A stretch of 64,000 bases of DNA, from contig JAZQAZ010000034.1 in the NCBI GenBank assembly GCA_045545475.1, positions 33,287 through 97,286 of the forward strand, written 5' to 3'. A program made the position numbers and the translations under genes. Positions 19,195 to 28,423 of this stretch are shown here, piece by piece. Under the pieces are notes generated by a model that searched no databases, was not told the origin of the DNA, and saw only the letters and a list, made by a program, of their open reading frames with translations. Source of the DNA: Clostridia bacterium (GTDB lineage: Bacteria; Bacillota; Clostridia; CAKSNL01; HGM11501). Position 1 is the stretch's first letter. Each line of letters starts with the position of its first letter.

Positions 19195-21397
19195 AGACAG
19201 ACTTTCAAGTATGAGGGAAACAAAAATCCGTCATACTCTCTTAAAAAGAAAGCAAAACGGCTTTACCGATTTAGACGATTTCGGCACAGTGCCCATTTCC
19301 GAGGGCTATGCCGTAACACCCTGGTACAACAGCGAAAACGGAAGCTTTTACGGACTTGACGGAATGTGTGAAAACTTCTGCCGTGTACTTGATGCCCACG
19401 AGCCATATGTTGACCCCATGGAAATGCTTTGCGGTCGCTGGAGAGATATGCTTGTAAACTACAGAGGCGACCTTCACTATATGCCCGACTGGCTTAAGAA
19501 CAACCTTAAAAATCTTGAGTTTATCAAAAACGGTGCCACAAATCAGTGGAGTAAGCGTTGGGACGAACAGCGTTTTCCCTATGACCACTTAAAGCCCTGG
19601 CAGGAAAAGTACAACATCACCACCGGCATTGACGGGGATGCCCACTTTGCCTGCGACTATAAAATCGGCTTTGAGCTTGGCTTTGGCGGTTTCCTTGACA
19701 AAATTAAAAAATACCGCGAAATAAATCCCGATAAAAAGGCGTTTTACGATGCGGAAGAGCGATGCGTTCTTGCGATAGTTGCCTTTATCGACCGCCATAT
19801 TGCAAAAATCGGAGAGATGATAAAAACGGAAAACCGCTCCGAAATAAAGGAAAATCTTGAAACGATGAAAAAGGTCTGTGAAAATATTCGCCTGGGTGCA
19901 CCGCAAACCTTCCACGAGGCTTGTCAATGGACGGCGTTTTTCAACTGCGCATCCCGAATTTACACCCGTGACGGTGCAGGCTTTCAGCTTGACGGGCTTT
20001 TATATCCCTTCTACGAAAAGGACGTAAAGGACGGAATAATAGACGATGAAACAGCAAAATTCTTAATTGCAAACCTTCTTTTAATTGATCCCCATTACTA
20101 TCAGATTTCGGGCGTTGACGAAAATGATTGCGATATGACAAATAAGCTTTCCTACCTTATTCTTGACGCGGCAGATTCCATAAACATCGCCTGCAACTTA
20201 ACCGTAAGGGTGCATCCTGCCTGCGATAAGGAGTTTCTTAAGAAAGCGGTTTCCTGCCTTCTTAAAAATAAAAACGGATGGCCCAGATTCTGTAACGATA
20301 AAGCTCTTTGCGAGGGCTATATGAGAAACGGCGTGGACAAGAAAACCGCCCGTGAAAGAATTGCCGTGGGCTGTAACTGGATGTGCGTGCCCGGCAAGGA
20401 ATTCCCCATGAATGACACGGTAAAAATCAACGTGGCAAAGGTTATGGAAGAAGCCTTAAAGGATATGAAATCGGAAAAGGAAAAATCCACCACCCGACTT
20501 TTTGAAATTTACAATGAGCATCTTAAAAAAGCGGTTGAAATCACCGCCGAGGGCATAAATCTTCATATTGACCACGCCCACGACGTAACCCCCGAGCTTA
20601 TTATGAATTTAATGATGCATAACACTTTGGAAAAAGGCCTTGATATATCAGAGTGTGCCTCTCTTTACACCGTGGGCATTGACGGAGCGGGCCTTGCTGT
20701 GGTTGCCGATTCCTTCGGTGCTATGGAAAGCCGCATCGAAAAGGAAAAACTTCTTACCTGGGATGAGCTTTACGGGGCACTGGAGAGTAATTTTGCCGAT
20801 GAGCGAATCCGCCTTATGTTAAATTCAGCACCCCGCTACTGCGGCGGCGAAACGGTGTCGGATATTTGGGCAAATCGTCTTACAGAGTCCTGGGTTAAAA
20901 CCGTCAAGGGGCAGAAAATGCCTGAGGGCAGGTGTTTAGTTCCCGGTTGGTTTTCCTGGAGCAGAACCATTGAATATGGTTCTAAGGTTGGCGCAACCCC
21001 CAACGGCAGAAGGGCAGGGGAGCCCATTTCCCATGGTGCAAACCCCAATCCCGGCTTCCGTCGTGACGGTGCCGTTACCGCGCAGAGCGAGGGCATCGCA
21101 AAAATTCAGTGCGGCTACGGAAACACAGCACCGTTGCAGCTTGAGTTTGATCCCAATCTTGCAAATGACGAGGCGGGAATTGACACGGTTACAAGCTTAA
21201 TTGAAGCACATTTTGAAAACGGCGGAACATTAATAAACATCAACATCCTTGATAAGGATAAGCTTCTTGCCGCCAACGAAAACCCCGACCTTTACCCCGA
21301 CCTGGTTGTAAGAGTAACAGGCTTCACCGCATATTTTGCAAGCCTTTCACCACGTTTCCGTCAGCTTGTGGTAGACAGGTTCTTAGAAGGTATGTAA
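19181..21397 (+). CDS. glycyl radical enzyme, PFL2/HPAD-like, short (738 aa), unknown substrate
   Basis: C-terminal glycine-radical motif VVRVTGFTAYFASLSPRFRQLV; Cys-loop region AVGCNWMCVPGKE; overlaps activase gene. Confidence 0.8.
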   Translation: MLTYKDRLSSMRETKIRHTLLKRKQNGFTDLDDFGTVPISEGYAVTPWYNSENGSFYGLDGMCENFCRVLDAHEPYVDPMEMLCGRWRDMLVNYRGDLHYMPDWLKNNLKNLEFIKNGATNQWSKRWDEQRFPYDHLKPWQEKYNITTGIDGDAHFACDYKIGFELGFGGFLDKIKKYREINPDKKAFYDAEERCVLAIVAFIDRHIAKIGEMIKTENRSEIKENLETMKKVCENIRLGAPQTFHEACQWTAFFNCASRIYTRDGAGFQLDGLLYPFYEKDVKDGIIDDETAKFLIANLLLIDPHYYQISGVDENDCDMTNKLSYLILDAADSINIACNLTVRVHPACDKEFLKKAVSCLLKNKNGWPRFCNDKALCEGYMRNGVDKKTARERIAVGCNWMCVPGKEFPMNDTVKINVAKVMEEALKDMKSEKEKSTTRLFEIYNEHLKKAVEITAEGINLHIDHAHDVTPELIMNLMMHNTLEKGLDISECASLYTVGIDGAGLAVVADSFGAMESRIEKEKLLTWDELYGALESNFADERIRLMLNSAPRYCGGETVSDIWANRLTESWVKTVKGQKMPEGRCLVPGWFSWSRTIEYGSKVGATPNGRRAGEPISHGANPNPGFRRDGAVTAQSEGIAKIQCGYGNTAPLQLEFDPNLANDEAGIDTVTSLIEAHFENGGTLININILDKDKLLAANENPDLYPDLVVRVTGFTAYFASLSPRFRQLVVDRFLEGM

Positions 21398-21415
21398 TAA
21401 GGAGAGGTAAAAAAG

Positions 21416-21516
21416 AGATTCTTCCTCGGCATAGCCTTCATCAGAATGACATAGGTGTACTATGCTGTCATTCTGATAGAGGGGATTCTGAAAGCCCCGA
21501 AGGAAGAATCTGAAAA
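21416..21516. mobile_element. ~100-bp MITE-like palindromic element with 13-nt terminal inverted repeats, flanked by near-identical 16-17-nt direct repeats (21400-21415 / 21517-21533)
   Basis: TIR gattcttcctcgg...ccgaaggaagaatc; inner perfect 12-bp stem atcagaatgaca/tgtcattctgat; flanks aggagaggtaaaaaag vs aggagatgtaaaaaaag. Confidence 0.5.
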
Positions 21517-21770
21517 AGGAGATGTAAAAAAAGTCCAGACCGCAAAAAGGCAAATAAATTAGTGGGTTGGGCAAAGTTACAAACTCTATGTTGTAAAATA
21601 GTGTTGAAAAATCGCATTCCTGCGATTTTTCTTCATTTTGAGCCTTTTTGCTACGAACAAACTTCACCCTCAACGTATCTATATACGCCTTCGGGTAACT
21701 TTCGAAAAGTCTGTAAACAGACTTTCTCAATTCAGTTTGTCCGTTCTGAAGCATTTTTTCCTATCTCCTG

Positions 21771-21800
21771 AAAAAGGGGCTGTAATTATTTTACAGCCCC
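21771..21800. terminator. bidirectional terminator
   Basis: aaaaaggggctgtaattattttacagcccctttatttt. Confidence 0.6.
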
Positions 21801-21801
21801 T

Positions 21802-24636
21802 TTATTTTACAAGATATGCACTTATTTCCTTTACGGTAATTGTACCTGCACCGGTATCTGTTTTGGGTGTAACGGATATTTTCTTAACACAGATTGGTTT
21901 TGTGAAAGTGTAAAGGGATGCACCTGTTGTTATGTCATAGTCGCTGACTCCAACGGACAGTTTATTTCCCTCCGAGTCATATATGTGAACTTCCATTTTC
22001 ATATATTCATCTGATAAGACTGCCGAAATGCTTACACCATCTATCACAAGACCTTCTTTGCCGGGAAACTCCACCATAAGAGTTTTGTCATGAAGAAAAT
22101 CAATGACTTCTGCACTGTCTGTTTCATCAAGAACTGCGGCGGCGGGAAGGTAGGAGGTGTCCTTTTCTATCTTATAGGCGGACCACCCTGTTTTGTTTAC
22201 GAAAGCCTTTTCTCCTGTGGAAGCGTTAAGTGTTGCTATAGTTTCGTCGTTATTTTTTGCTGTGAAGAGACCGCCTATGGCAATGCCACCAAATACGATA
22301 ATGGCAATAGAGGCGATGAGAACCATGAACTTGAAGTTTTTTCCGGAAACTATTTTATTGAAAACACGTTTAATCGGGGAATAATGCTCGCTTACTATTC
22401 CGGATATAACTTTTTTGAATTCCAAAGTGAGGTCTTTATATTCAGGGTGAAGTACCGATACATTATCAAGCTCTTTTTTCAGCTTTTTTATATTACGGTC
22501 ATTGGTTAAAAGTGTATTGTGACGAATGAAAAATTTACGCAGTGACTCATAAAATGATGTGAGGACGGTAAAGTCTGTTCTGATTCCGGGGATATCCCTT
22601 ACAATACGCCCGTTTTTGGTCATAGGTGGAATAAAGAGGTTTGATGATAAAAACCACTCTATGAATTCAAAGGGAGGAATTGATTGCTCCTTATCTATAA
22701 ATTCCAGAATGCTGTCAAAATCCACCTGAGCACGGGAATCCTTTGAACCGTAAATATAAAACAAAATTATGTAAACAATGCGTCTCGGAGAGTCCTTCTT
22801 TTCCTTTATACAACGGAGAAGTAGGGCTTTGAGCAAATCTTCTTTAGCTTTACCGTCTGATTGAGAGTCTGCAAAGTTTGCCCTTATGTTTTCAAAACCG
22901 AAGGCATCATAGTGAACAAATGACATGGCCATATCGTTGGTTAATGCCATTATTTCCTTTGCAGCCATTGCGATTTTGTGTTTGACAGTACATTCTTCGT
23001 TGATTGCTTCTCCGTCGGCAAGGGGGAATTTTTCAATTTTTGCAAGGTTGAGCTCCGAAATATCCAGCGTGGTCATATAGTTTTCAAGAGCATAACGATA
23101 AATTACGTTAAAGAGGGAGGCGTTATCAGGATGCTTGTCTTTAAGGGCAAGACACTTCTCCTCAAGATACTTAACTGCCTCAAAGCGGTCGCCCGAAGTA
23201 TCATAAAGTTGCATTGCTCTTTGCTGTATCATTGATATAATAAGCTCGCTGTCGGCAAGCTGAGGCATTTCGGAAAAAATACTGTCCGCAAATTCCATAA
23301 CCGAATGAACGGTTTTACGCTGTTCGATAAGATAGGTGAAATAGCGTGTTATTAAGCGGTTGCTTTTTGCCATTTTATGCTCTATTAATTTGTTATACAG
23401 CTCGCTGCTTCCTCTGGATGAGTCGATGTGCATGAAAAGAATTTCATTTTCCGAGGATTTAAGGCAGGAATCTATATCCAGCGTTATAAGGTCATAAAGT
23501 TCGTCTTTCTGCTTTTCTGGACAAAGGTCGTATGTTGAAACCAGTCTTTTGAGAATTTCCGGAGGGATCAGTATTTCCTTGCTTTTAATATAGCGTCTGT
23601 AAAGCTTTATAAATTCAGAATAAGAGGCGAGCAGACCTGGTTTGTCATCAGAACGCAAAAATTCTGCAAAAACTGTTGTAATTCTGCCGAGTCTTTGAGG
23701 AAGTGTTTCCTCGTTATCCTTTAAGTTATATATATAGGCAAGGTCGTTATAAAAACGCAGTGACAGAATTTTTTCTGTGGGAAAAGCACGTTCAGCTTCT
23801 CTGGCAAAAGCAAAAAAGTCTGAAAGTGAGGTGCCTGTGGCAAAGCTTGTTGATACAAAGGAAAGGTATTCCTCAGAAAGAGCTTCCTTTGTGTCAGGAA
23901 CCTGAGAACGGTTTTTCTTGCTGAAATTGAATATATAATCCTTTGAAGCGTCATAGGATTCGATTGAAAATCTTCCGCTGGGCGAGACTTTATCGTCGGG
24001 AATAAAGTAGATATTTATTTCGGGGCGAATCTCTGTTTCTCCGAAAAGAGTGCAAAAGCCGGTTTTGCTTCTCATAAAAAAGGGAAGGTATTCGTAGAGT
24101 CCGTACATTATGGCACATATTTTATCAATGTCTGTTTTTCTGGGAAGAGCAATGAAAATTTTTCTGTTTTGCTCAACAGATGCGAAAACAGCGGCGAGAA
24201 GTGCCATGTATTCTGTATGAGACATGTTAAGGGAGGCAAAAGCTTTTTTCAGGAAAGTGCTGCGTTCTTTTGTAAAAGGAAGTTCCTTTAGCGACGGCAG
24301 ATATGGGTTTTTTGCATCATCGGGTTCAGGGAGAGCCAAAATGGCAGCAGGGTCGGAAACAACGGCAGATACATCATCCTGAGGAATGATGTAATTATGG
24401 ATGCAGGAATAAGGTTCTGTAGCCGATTTCATTCCCGTGCCGATTAAAAGACCGCCACCCGATAAAGGAATGAAGCTTTTGTATCCGGGCGAGTCTTTGC
24501 CCTCTAGATAAAAGAGATCCAGCATGGAGTAAAAAGGACGGATTGCATTGTCGATATATTCTTCGGTTAACGTTGTGGATTTTGAAGAAGTTTCAAGTCC
24601 AATTCCCGTTTTTATGTAAATTTGCTGTTCTATCAT
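21802..24636 (-). CDS. large (944 aa) hypothetical protein: ~745-aa cytoplasmic alpha-rich region, single TM helix, ~170-aa beta-rich extracytoplasmic C-terminal domain
   Basis: Long uninterrupted ORF with RBS GGAGGAAAAGG; TM FKFMVLIASIAIIVFGGIAIGGLF near residue 750; no recognisable catalytic motifs. Confidence 0.6.
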   Translation of the reverse strand: MIEQQIYIKTGIGLETSSKSTTLTEEYIDNAIRPFYSMLDLFYLEGKDSPGYKSFIPLSGGGLLIGTGMKSATEPYSCIHNYIIPQDDVSAVVSDPAAILALPEPDDAKNPYLPSLKELPFTKERSTFLKKAFASLNMSHTEYMALLAAVFASVEQNRKIFIALPRKTDIDKICAIMYGLYEYLPFFMRSKTGFCTLFGETEIRPEINIYFIPDDKVSPSGRFSIESYDASKDYIFNFSKKNRSQVPDTKEALSEEYLSFVSTSFATGTSLSDFFAFAREAERAFPTEKILSLRFYNDLAYIYNLKDNEETLPQRLGRITTVFAEFLRSDDKPGLLASYSEFIKLYRRYIKSKEILIPPEILKRLVSTYDLCPEKQKDELYDLITLDIDSCLKSSENEILFMHIDSSRGSSELYNKLIEHKMAKSNRLITRYFTYLIEQRKTVHSVMEFADSIFSEMPQLADSELIISMIQQRAMQLYDTSGDRFEAVKYLEEKCLALKDKHPDNASLFNVIYRYALENYMTTLDISELNLAKIEKFPLADGEAINEECTVKHKIAMAAKEIMALTNDMAMSFVHYDAFGFENIRANFADSQSDGKAKEDLLKALLLRCIKEKKDSPRRIVYIILFYIYGSKDSRAQVDFDSILEFIDKEQSIPPFEFIEWFLSSNLFIPPMTKNGRIVRDIPGIRTDFTVLTSFYESLRKFFIRHNTLLTNDRNIKKLKKELDNVSVLHPEYKDLTLEFKKVISGIVSEHYSPIKRVFNKIVSGKNFKFMVLIASIAIIVFGGIAIGGLFTAKNNDETIATLNASTGEKAFVNKTGWSAYKIEKDTSYLPAAAVLDETDSAEVIDFLHDKTLMVEFPGKEGLVIDGVSISAVLSDEYMKMEVHIYDSEGNKLSVGVSDYDITTGASLYTFTKPICVKKISVTPKTDTGAGTITVKEISAYLVK

Positions 24637-24755
24637 ATCCTTTTCCTCCTTTTTTGAAATTCATAAATATATTCTATCAAAAGTCAGTACATTTTTCAAG
24701 TTATTCTTGACAAATGAATGAAAATTTTTTATAATATTAAATGTTGTGAATATAT

Positions 24756-24831
24756 GCTGGTGTGGCTCAGTCGGTAGAGCAATTGATTCGTAATCAATAG
24801 ATCGTCGGTTCAAGTCCGATCACCAGCTCCA
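24756..24831 (+). tRNA. tRNA-Thr (anticodon CGT)
   Basis: 76 nt, acceptor stem GCTGGTG/CACCAGC, D-loop AGTCGGTAGAGC, anticodon loop tTCGTAa, T-arm GGTTCAAGTCC, 3' CCA encoded; TTGACA-N18-TATAAT promoter upstream. Confidence 0.88.
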
Positions 24832-24835
24832 AAAA

Positions 24836-24871
24836 AGAGAGAGCTACGCAAAGCGTGGCTCTCTCTTTTTT
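24836..24871 (+). terminator. rho-independent terminator after tRNA-Thr
   Basis: agagagagctacgcaaagcgtggctctctct hairpin + TTTTTT. Confidence 0.7.
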
Positions 24872-25175
24872 GAATCTTAATGACGGACTTGAAAGGGCGG
24901 TCCAAACAAACAGTCCGGCGGACTGTTTGTCCGCCCGTGGCTTTTCCGCAGAAAAGCAAGTCCGATCACAAATAAAAGTATAGCTGTTTTTTGAATTTGT
25001 AATTGGCGGAGCGAACTTGTCTTAGGCGAAATTACCCGAAGGGAATTTAGCCGGAGGCAACGCTCAAGGTCCGCCGTGAGGTTAAGCGTTGACTGATTAT
25101 GGGAGCGAACTTGTCTGGCGTGTTTTTTTCTATTGAAAAAGACACAATAATATGATAAAATTTATTTATTAATAT

Positions 25176-26105
25176 TTGACGGTGATAAAAATGAAAAAAT
25201 TACTTGATAAAATACTCAGAGAAACTTATGATTTAAGAAAAGAAGGAAAGGTTGCTTCCTATATCCCGGAACTAGCTAAGGCAAATATCGACAAAATGGG
25301 AATATGCATTGTCAATGCAGAAGGTGAATATTTTGCCGGGGACTACGATGAAAAATTTACCATGCAGAGCGTGGTAAAACCTGTAATACTTCTTCTGGCT
25401 CTTATGGATAGAGGAATGGATGCCGTCCGTGCATTGGTGGGAGTTGAGGCGACGGGAAAGCCCTTTGATGCCTTTAATTACAGCGACCAGGCACTAAAGG
25501 AAGACCACATAAATCCTATGATAAATACGGGTGCAATTGCTCTTTGTACATTGATTTCAGGAGAAAATTATGATGAAAAGTTTAACCGCCTTTTAAATCT
25601 TGCAAGAAAAATGGCGGATAATCCGAATCTTTCCCTTGATAAAAGCGTGTATCTTTCTGAGAAGGCGACCGGGAATAAAAACAGGGCACTTGCCTACATG
25701 CTTAAGGCTTACGGAATGATAGAAGATGATGTTGAAAGTGTGGTTGACTGTTATTTCAAGGCCTGCTCTGTTAAGGTGGACTCATCTGACCTTGCAAAAA
25801 TTGCCTACGTCCTTTCAAATAAGGGAGTGAATCCTAAAACCGGCGAAAGGCTTTTCAATGAGGAATATGCAAGGTTTGTAAATGCTGTTTTAACAACGTC
25901 GGGTATGTACGATGGCTCCGGAGAATTTGCTATAAATGTGGGAATTCCGGCAAAAAGCGGTGTCGGCGGCGGAATTATGGGCGTTGTGCCGGGTAAAATG
26001 GGAATAGGAATATATTCTCCGGCCCTTGATAAAAAAGGAAACAGTGTTGCAGGAGTAAAGGCGATGGAGGCCTTGAGCAGACATCTTGACTTAAGTATTT
26101 TCTGA
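25176..26105 (+). CDS. glsA: glutaminase A
   Basis: Serine-beta-lactamase-like glutaminase motifs: ...VASYIPELAK...QSVVKP (S-x-x-K) ... Confidence 0.88.
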   Translation: MTVIKMKKLLDKILRETYDLRKEGKVASYIPELAKANIDKMGICIVNAEGEYFAGDYDEKFTMQSVVKPVILLLALMDRGMDAVRALVGVEATGKPFDAFNYSDQALKEDHINPMINTGAIALCTLISGENYDEKFNRLLNLARKMADNPNLSLDKSVYLSEKATGNKNRALAYMLKAYGMIEDDVESVVDCYFKACSVKVDSSDLAKIAYVLSNKGVNPKTGERLFNEEYARFVNAVLTTSGMYDGSGEFAINVGIPAKSGVGGGIMGVVPGKMGIGIYSPALDKKGNSVAGVKAMEALSRHLDLSIF

Positions 26106-26161
26106 TATCTTGACAAAAGGAATAATCCGTTATAAAATCAATGATTAAAGGAGGCGTTTTT

Positions 26162-27826
26162 ATGTTGCTTTCAGGTGCAGATATTATAGTAAAAACTTTA
26201 ATAGAGCAAAATTGCGAAGTTGTTTTCGGCTACCCCGGAGGGCAGATATTGAACGTCTACGATTCGCTTTACAAATACAAAGATGAAATCCGCCATATCT
26301 TAACGGCTCACGAGCAGGGTGCCGCTCATGCGGCAGACGGTTATGCAAGAGCCACGGGCAAGGTTGGAGTTGTTATGGCAACAAGCGGCCCCGGTGCTAC
26401 AAATCTTGTCACCGGAATTGCTACGGCTCATCTTGATTCCGTTCCTATGGTGGCGATTACAGGTAACGTAATATCAAGCCAGATAGGTAATGACAGCTTT
26501 CAGGAAATTGACATAACAGGTATCACACTTCCTATTACAAAACACAACTATTTCGTTGACGATATTTCCGAGTTAGCGGATACTATCAGAGAGGCTTTTG
26601 CTCTTGCAAAAAGCGGAAGACCAGGCCCGGTCTTAGTTGACGTTCCGAAGGATGTACAGATGGCTTTTTATGAATATGAAAAAGAGGAGCCTGTAGAGCC
26701 TTACGAAGCTTTCCCCGCAAAGGAAATAAGGATAAAGGAAGCGGCAAAAACCATAAATAAAGCTAAAAAGCCTTTTATTTATTTCGGAGGAGGTCTTCTG
26801 TCATCGGGGGCAAAAGAGGAAATGCTTGCCTTGGCTGAAAAAATCGATGCCCCCATCGGTTGCTCTCTTATGGGGCTTTCGGTAATTCCTACGGATCACC
26901 CACGCTTTTTAGGAATGCAGGGGATGCACGGTAATTTAGCCTCGACGCTTACCATGCATGCATCGGATTTAATTATTGCCCTCGGCGTCCGCTTTTCAGA
27001 ACGTGTGGTTGGAAGAAGGAATAAGTTTTCTCCAGATGCAAAAATTGTGCATATTGATATTGACGGTGCGGAGTTATCAAAGATACTGTCAACAGAGCAC
27101 GCCTTGAGGGGAGATATAAAGGAAACGCTTACAAAGCTTATTCCTCTTATACGCACAAAGCATAATGAAGAATGGAATGATACGGTAGTAAAAAACAGAG
27201 AAAAAGCGGCGTCTCTTTCTGACAGCAGAGAGGGAATGACACCAAAGAACATACTCGGACTTTTAGGAGAATTTTTAAGTGAGGATACCCCGGTTGCAAC
27301 GGATGTGGGACAGCATCAGATGTGGTCGGCACAGTATCTCAAATTCAGAAAAGAACGGAAATTCCTAACCTCCGGGGGACTTGGTACAATGGGCTTTGGT
27401 TTAGGAGCGGCAATCGGTGCATCTGTCGGAACAGACGAACGGAGTGTTTTAATAACAGGCGACGGAAGCTTCGGCATGAATTTAACTGAGCTTGCAACGG
27501 CGGTTAGTGAAAAAGTTCCTGTTGTGATAATTATAATGAATAACGGGGTACTGGGAATGGTCCGCCAGTGGCAGACTCTTTTCTTCGATAAGCACTATTC
27601 GGAGACGGAGCTTTTAAGAAAAACCGATTTCTGTGCTGTGGCAAAGGCTTTCGGTGCAACAGGCGAAAAGGCAGAAAATCTTTCGGAGCTTAAGGCGGCA
27701 CTTGAAAAAGCCTTTAAGGAGGAAGGACCTTTCGTTATTGATTGCAAGGTTTGTAAAGACGAATTTGTTCTTCCCATGCTTCCACCGGGAGGCTCGGTTT
27801 CCGATATAATAACAGAAAAGGAGTAA
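26162..27826 (+). CDS. ilvB: acetolactate synthase large subunit (ThDP-dependent)
   Basis: Start trimmed to MLLSGADIIVKTL (RBS AGGAGG); ThDP motif GDGSFGMNLTELATA...NNGVLGMVRQWQ. Confidence 0.88.
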   Translation: MLLSGADIIVKTLIEQNCEVVFGYPGGQILNVYDSLYKYKDEIRHILTAHEQGAAHAADGYARATGKVGVVMATSGPGATNLVTGIATAHLDSVPMVAITGNVISSQIGNDSFQEIDITGITLPITKHNYFVDDISELADTIREAFALAKSGRPGPVLVDVPKDVQMAFYEYEKEEPVEPYEAFPAKEIRIKEAAKTINKAKKPFIYFGGGLLSSGAKEEMLALAEKIDAPIGCSLMGLSVIPTDHPRFLGMQGMHGNLASTLTMHASDLIIALGVRFSERVVGRRNKFSPDAKIVHIDIDGAELSKILSTEHALRGDIKETLTKLIPLIRTKHNEEWNDTVVKNREKAASLSDSREGMTPKNILGLLGEFLSEDTPVATDVGQHQMWSAQYLKFRKERKFLTSGGLGTMGFGLGAAIGASVGTDERSVLITGDGSFGMNLTELATAVSEKVPVVIIIMNNGVLGMVRQWQTLFFDKHYSETELLRKTDFCAVAKAFGATGEKAENLSELKAALEKAFKEEGPFVIDCKVCKDEFVLPMLPPGGSVSDIITEKE

Positions 27827-27830
27827 TTTT

Positions 27831-28337
27831 ATGGAGAGATATACTCTTGCGGTACTGGTAAGAAACCGTTTCGGTGTTCTTAACAGAGTAACCAGCATGT
27901 TCAGAAGAAGAAGGTTTAATATAAGTGCCCTTACGGTTAGTGAAACGGAATCTGCGGATTTTTCACGAATTACTGTGGTTTTCGACGGGGATGACGACAA
28001 CAAGGATCAGCTTATCAATCAGCTTTACAAGCTTCCTGATGTGTCCTCAATTCGTGAGCTTAACAAGTCGGAGTCCGTAAGCTGTGAGCTTATGCTTATA
28101 AAGATGGAAAATAATCCCGAAACAAGAGAGGATATATTAACGGCAGCTGATGCCTTCGGTGCAAAAACCGTTAACTATACAAAGGATGCCATTATGTTCC
28201 GTCTGACGGGAGACAGCGTGAAAATTGATGAATTCATAAACCTTATGCGTGATTTCAACATTCTTGAAATCTGCCGAACCGGAAGCGTTTCCCTTGAAAA
28301 GGGCGCAACCACCATAAGGAAGGTAACAAATTTATAA
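27831..28337 (+). CDS. ilvN: acetolactate synthase small (regulatory) subunit
   Basis: ACT domain N-terminus MERYTLAVLVRNRFGVLNRVTSMFRRRRFNI. Confidence 0.88.
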   Translation: MERYTLAVLVRNRFGVLNRVTSMFRRRRFNISALTVSETESADFSRITVVFDGDDDNKDQLINQLYKLPDVSSIRELNKSESVSCELMLIKMENNPETREDILTAADAFGAKTVNYTKDAIMFRLTGDSVKIDEFINLMRDFNILEICRTGSVSLEKGATTIRKVTNL

Positions 28338-28350
28338 GATAAAAAACCGT

Positions 28351-28377
28351 CGCATATGCGGTGTACTCATAAGGACA
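28351..28377. repeat. 27-nt element cgcatatgcggtgtactcataaggaca in 3' UTR of ilvN; inverted copy at 34643-34669
   Basis: Exact 27/27 reverse-complement identity 6.3 kb apart; contains perfect palindrome ccgcatatgcgg. Confidence 0.8.
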
Positions 28378-28385
28378 GTAATTTA

Positions 28386-28423
28386 AAAAGGCAGAAACAA
28401 TTAAATTTGTTTCTGCCTTTTTT
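28386..28423 (+). terminator. rho-independent terminator
   Basis: ggcagaaacaattaaatttgtttctgcc + T-run. Confidence 0.7.

Noticed and set aside
21383-21913. Three overlapping ORFs (21383-21754 minus; 21562-21771 plus; 21638-21913 plus) in the GRE/944-aa intergenic region
   Set aside because: They have no RBS, overlap terminator hairpins and each other, and one runs into the 944-aa gene's 3' end on the other strand. The region is better explained as non-coding structured DNA plus a MITE.
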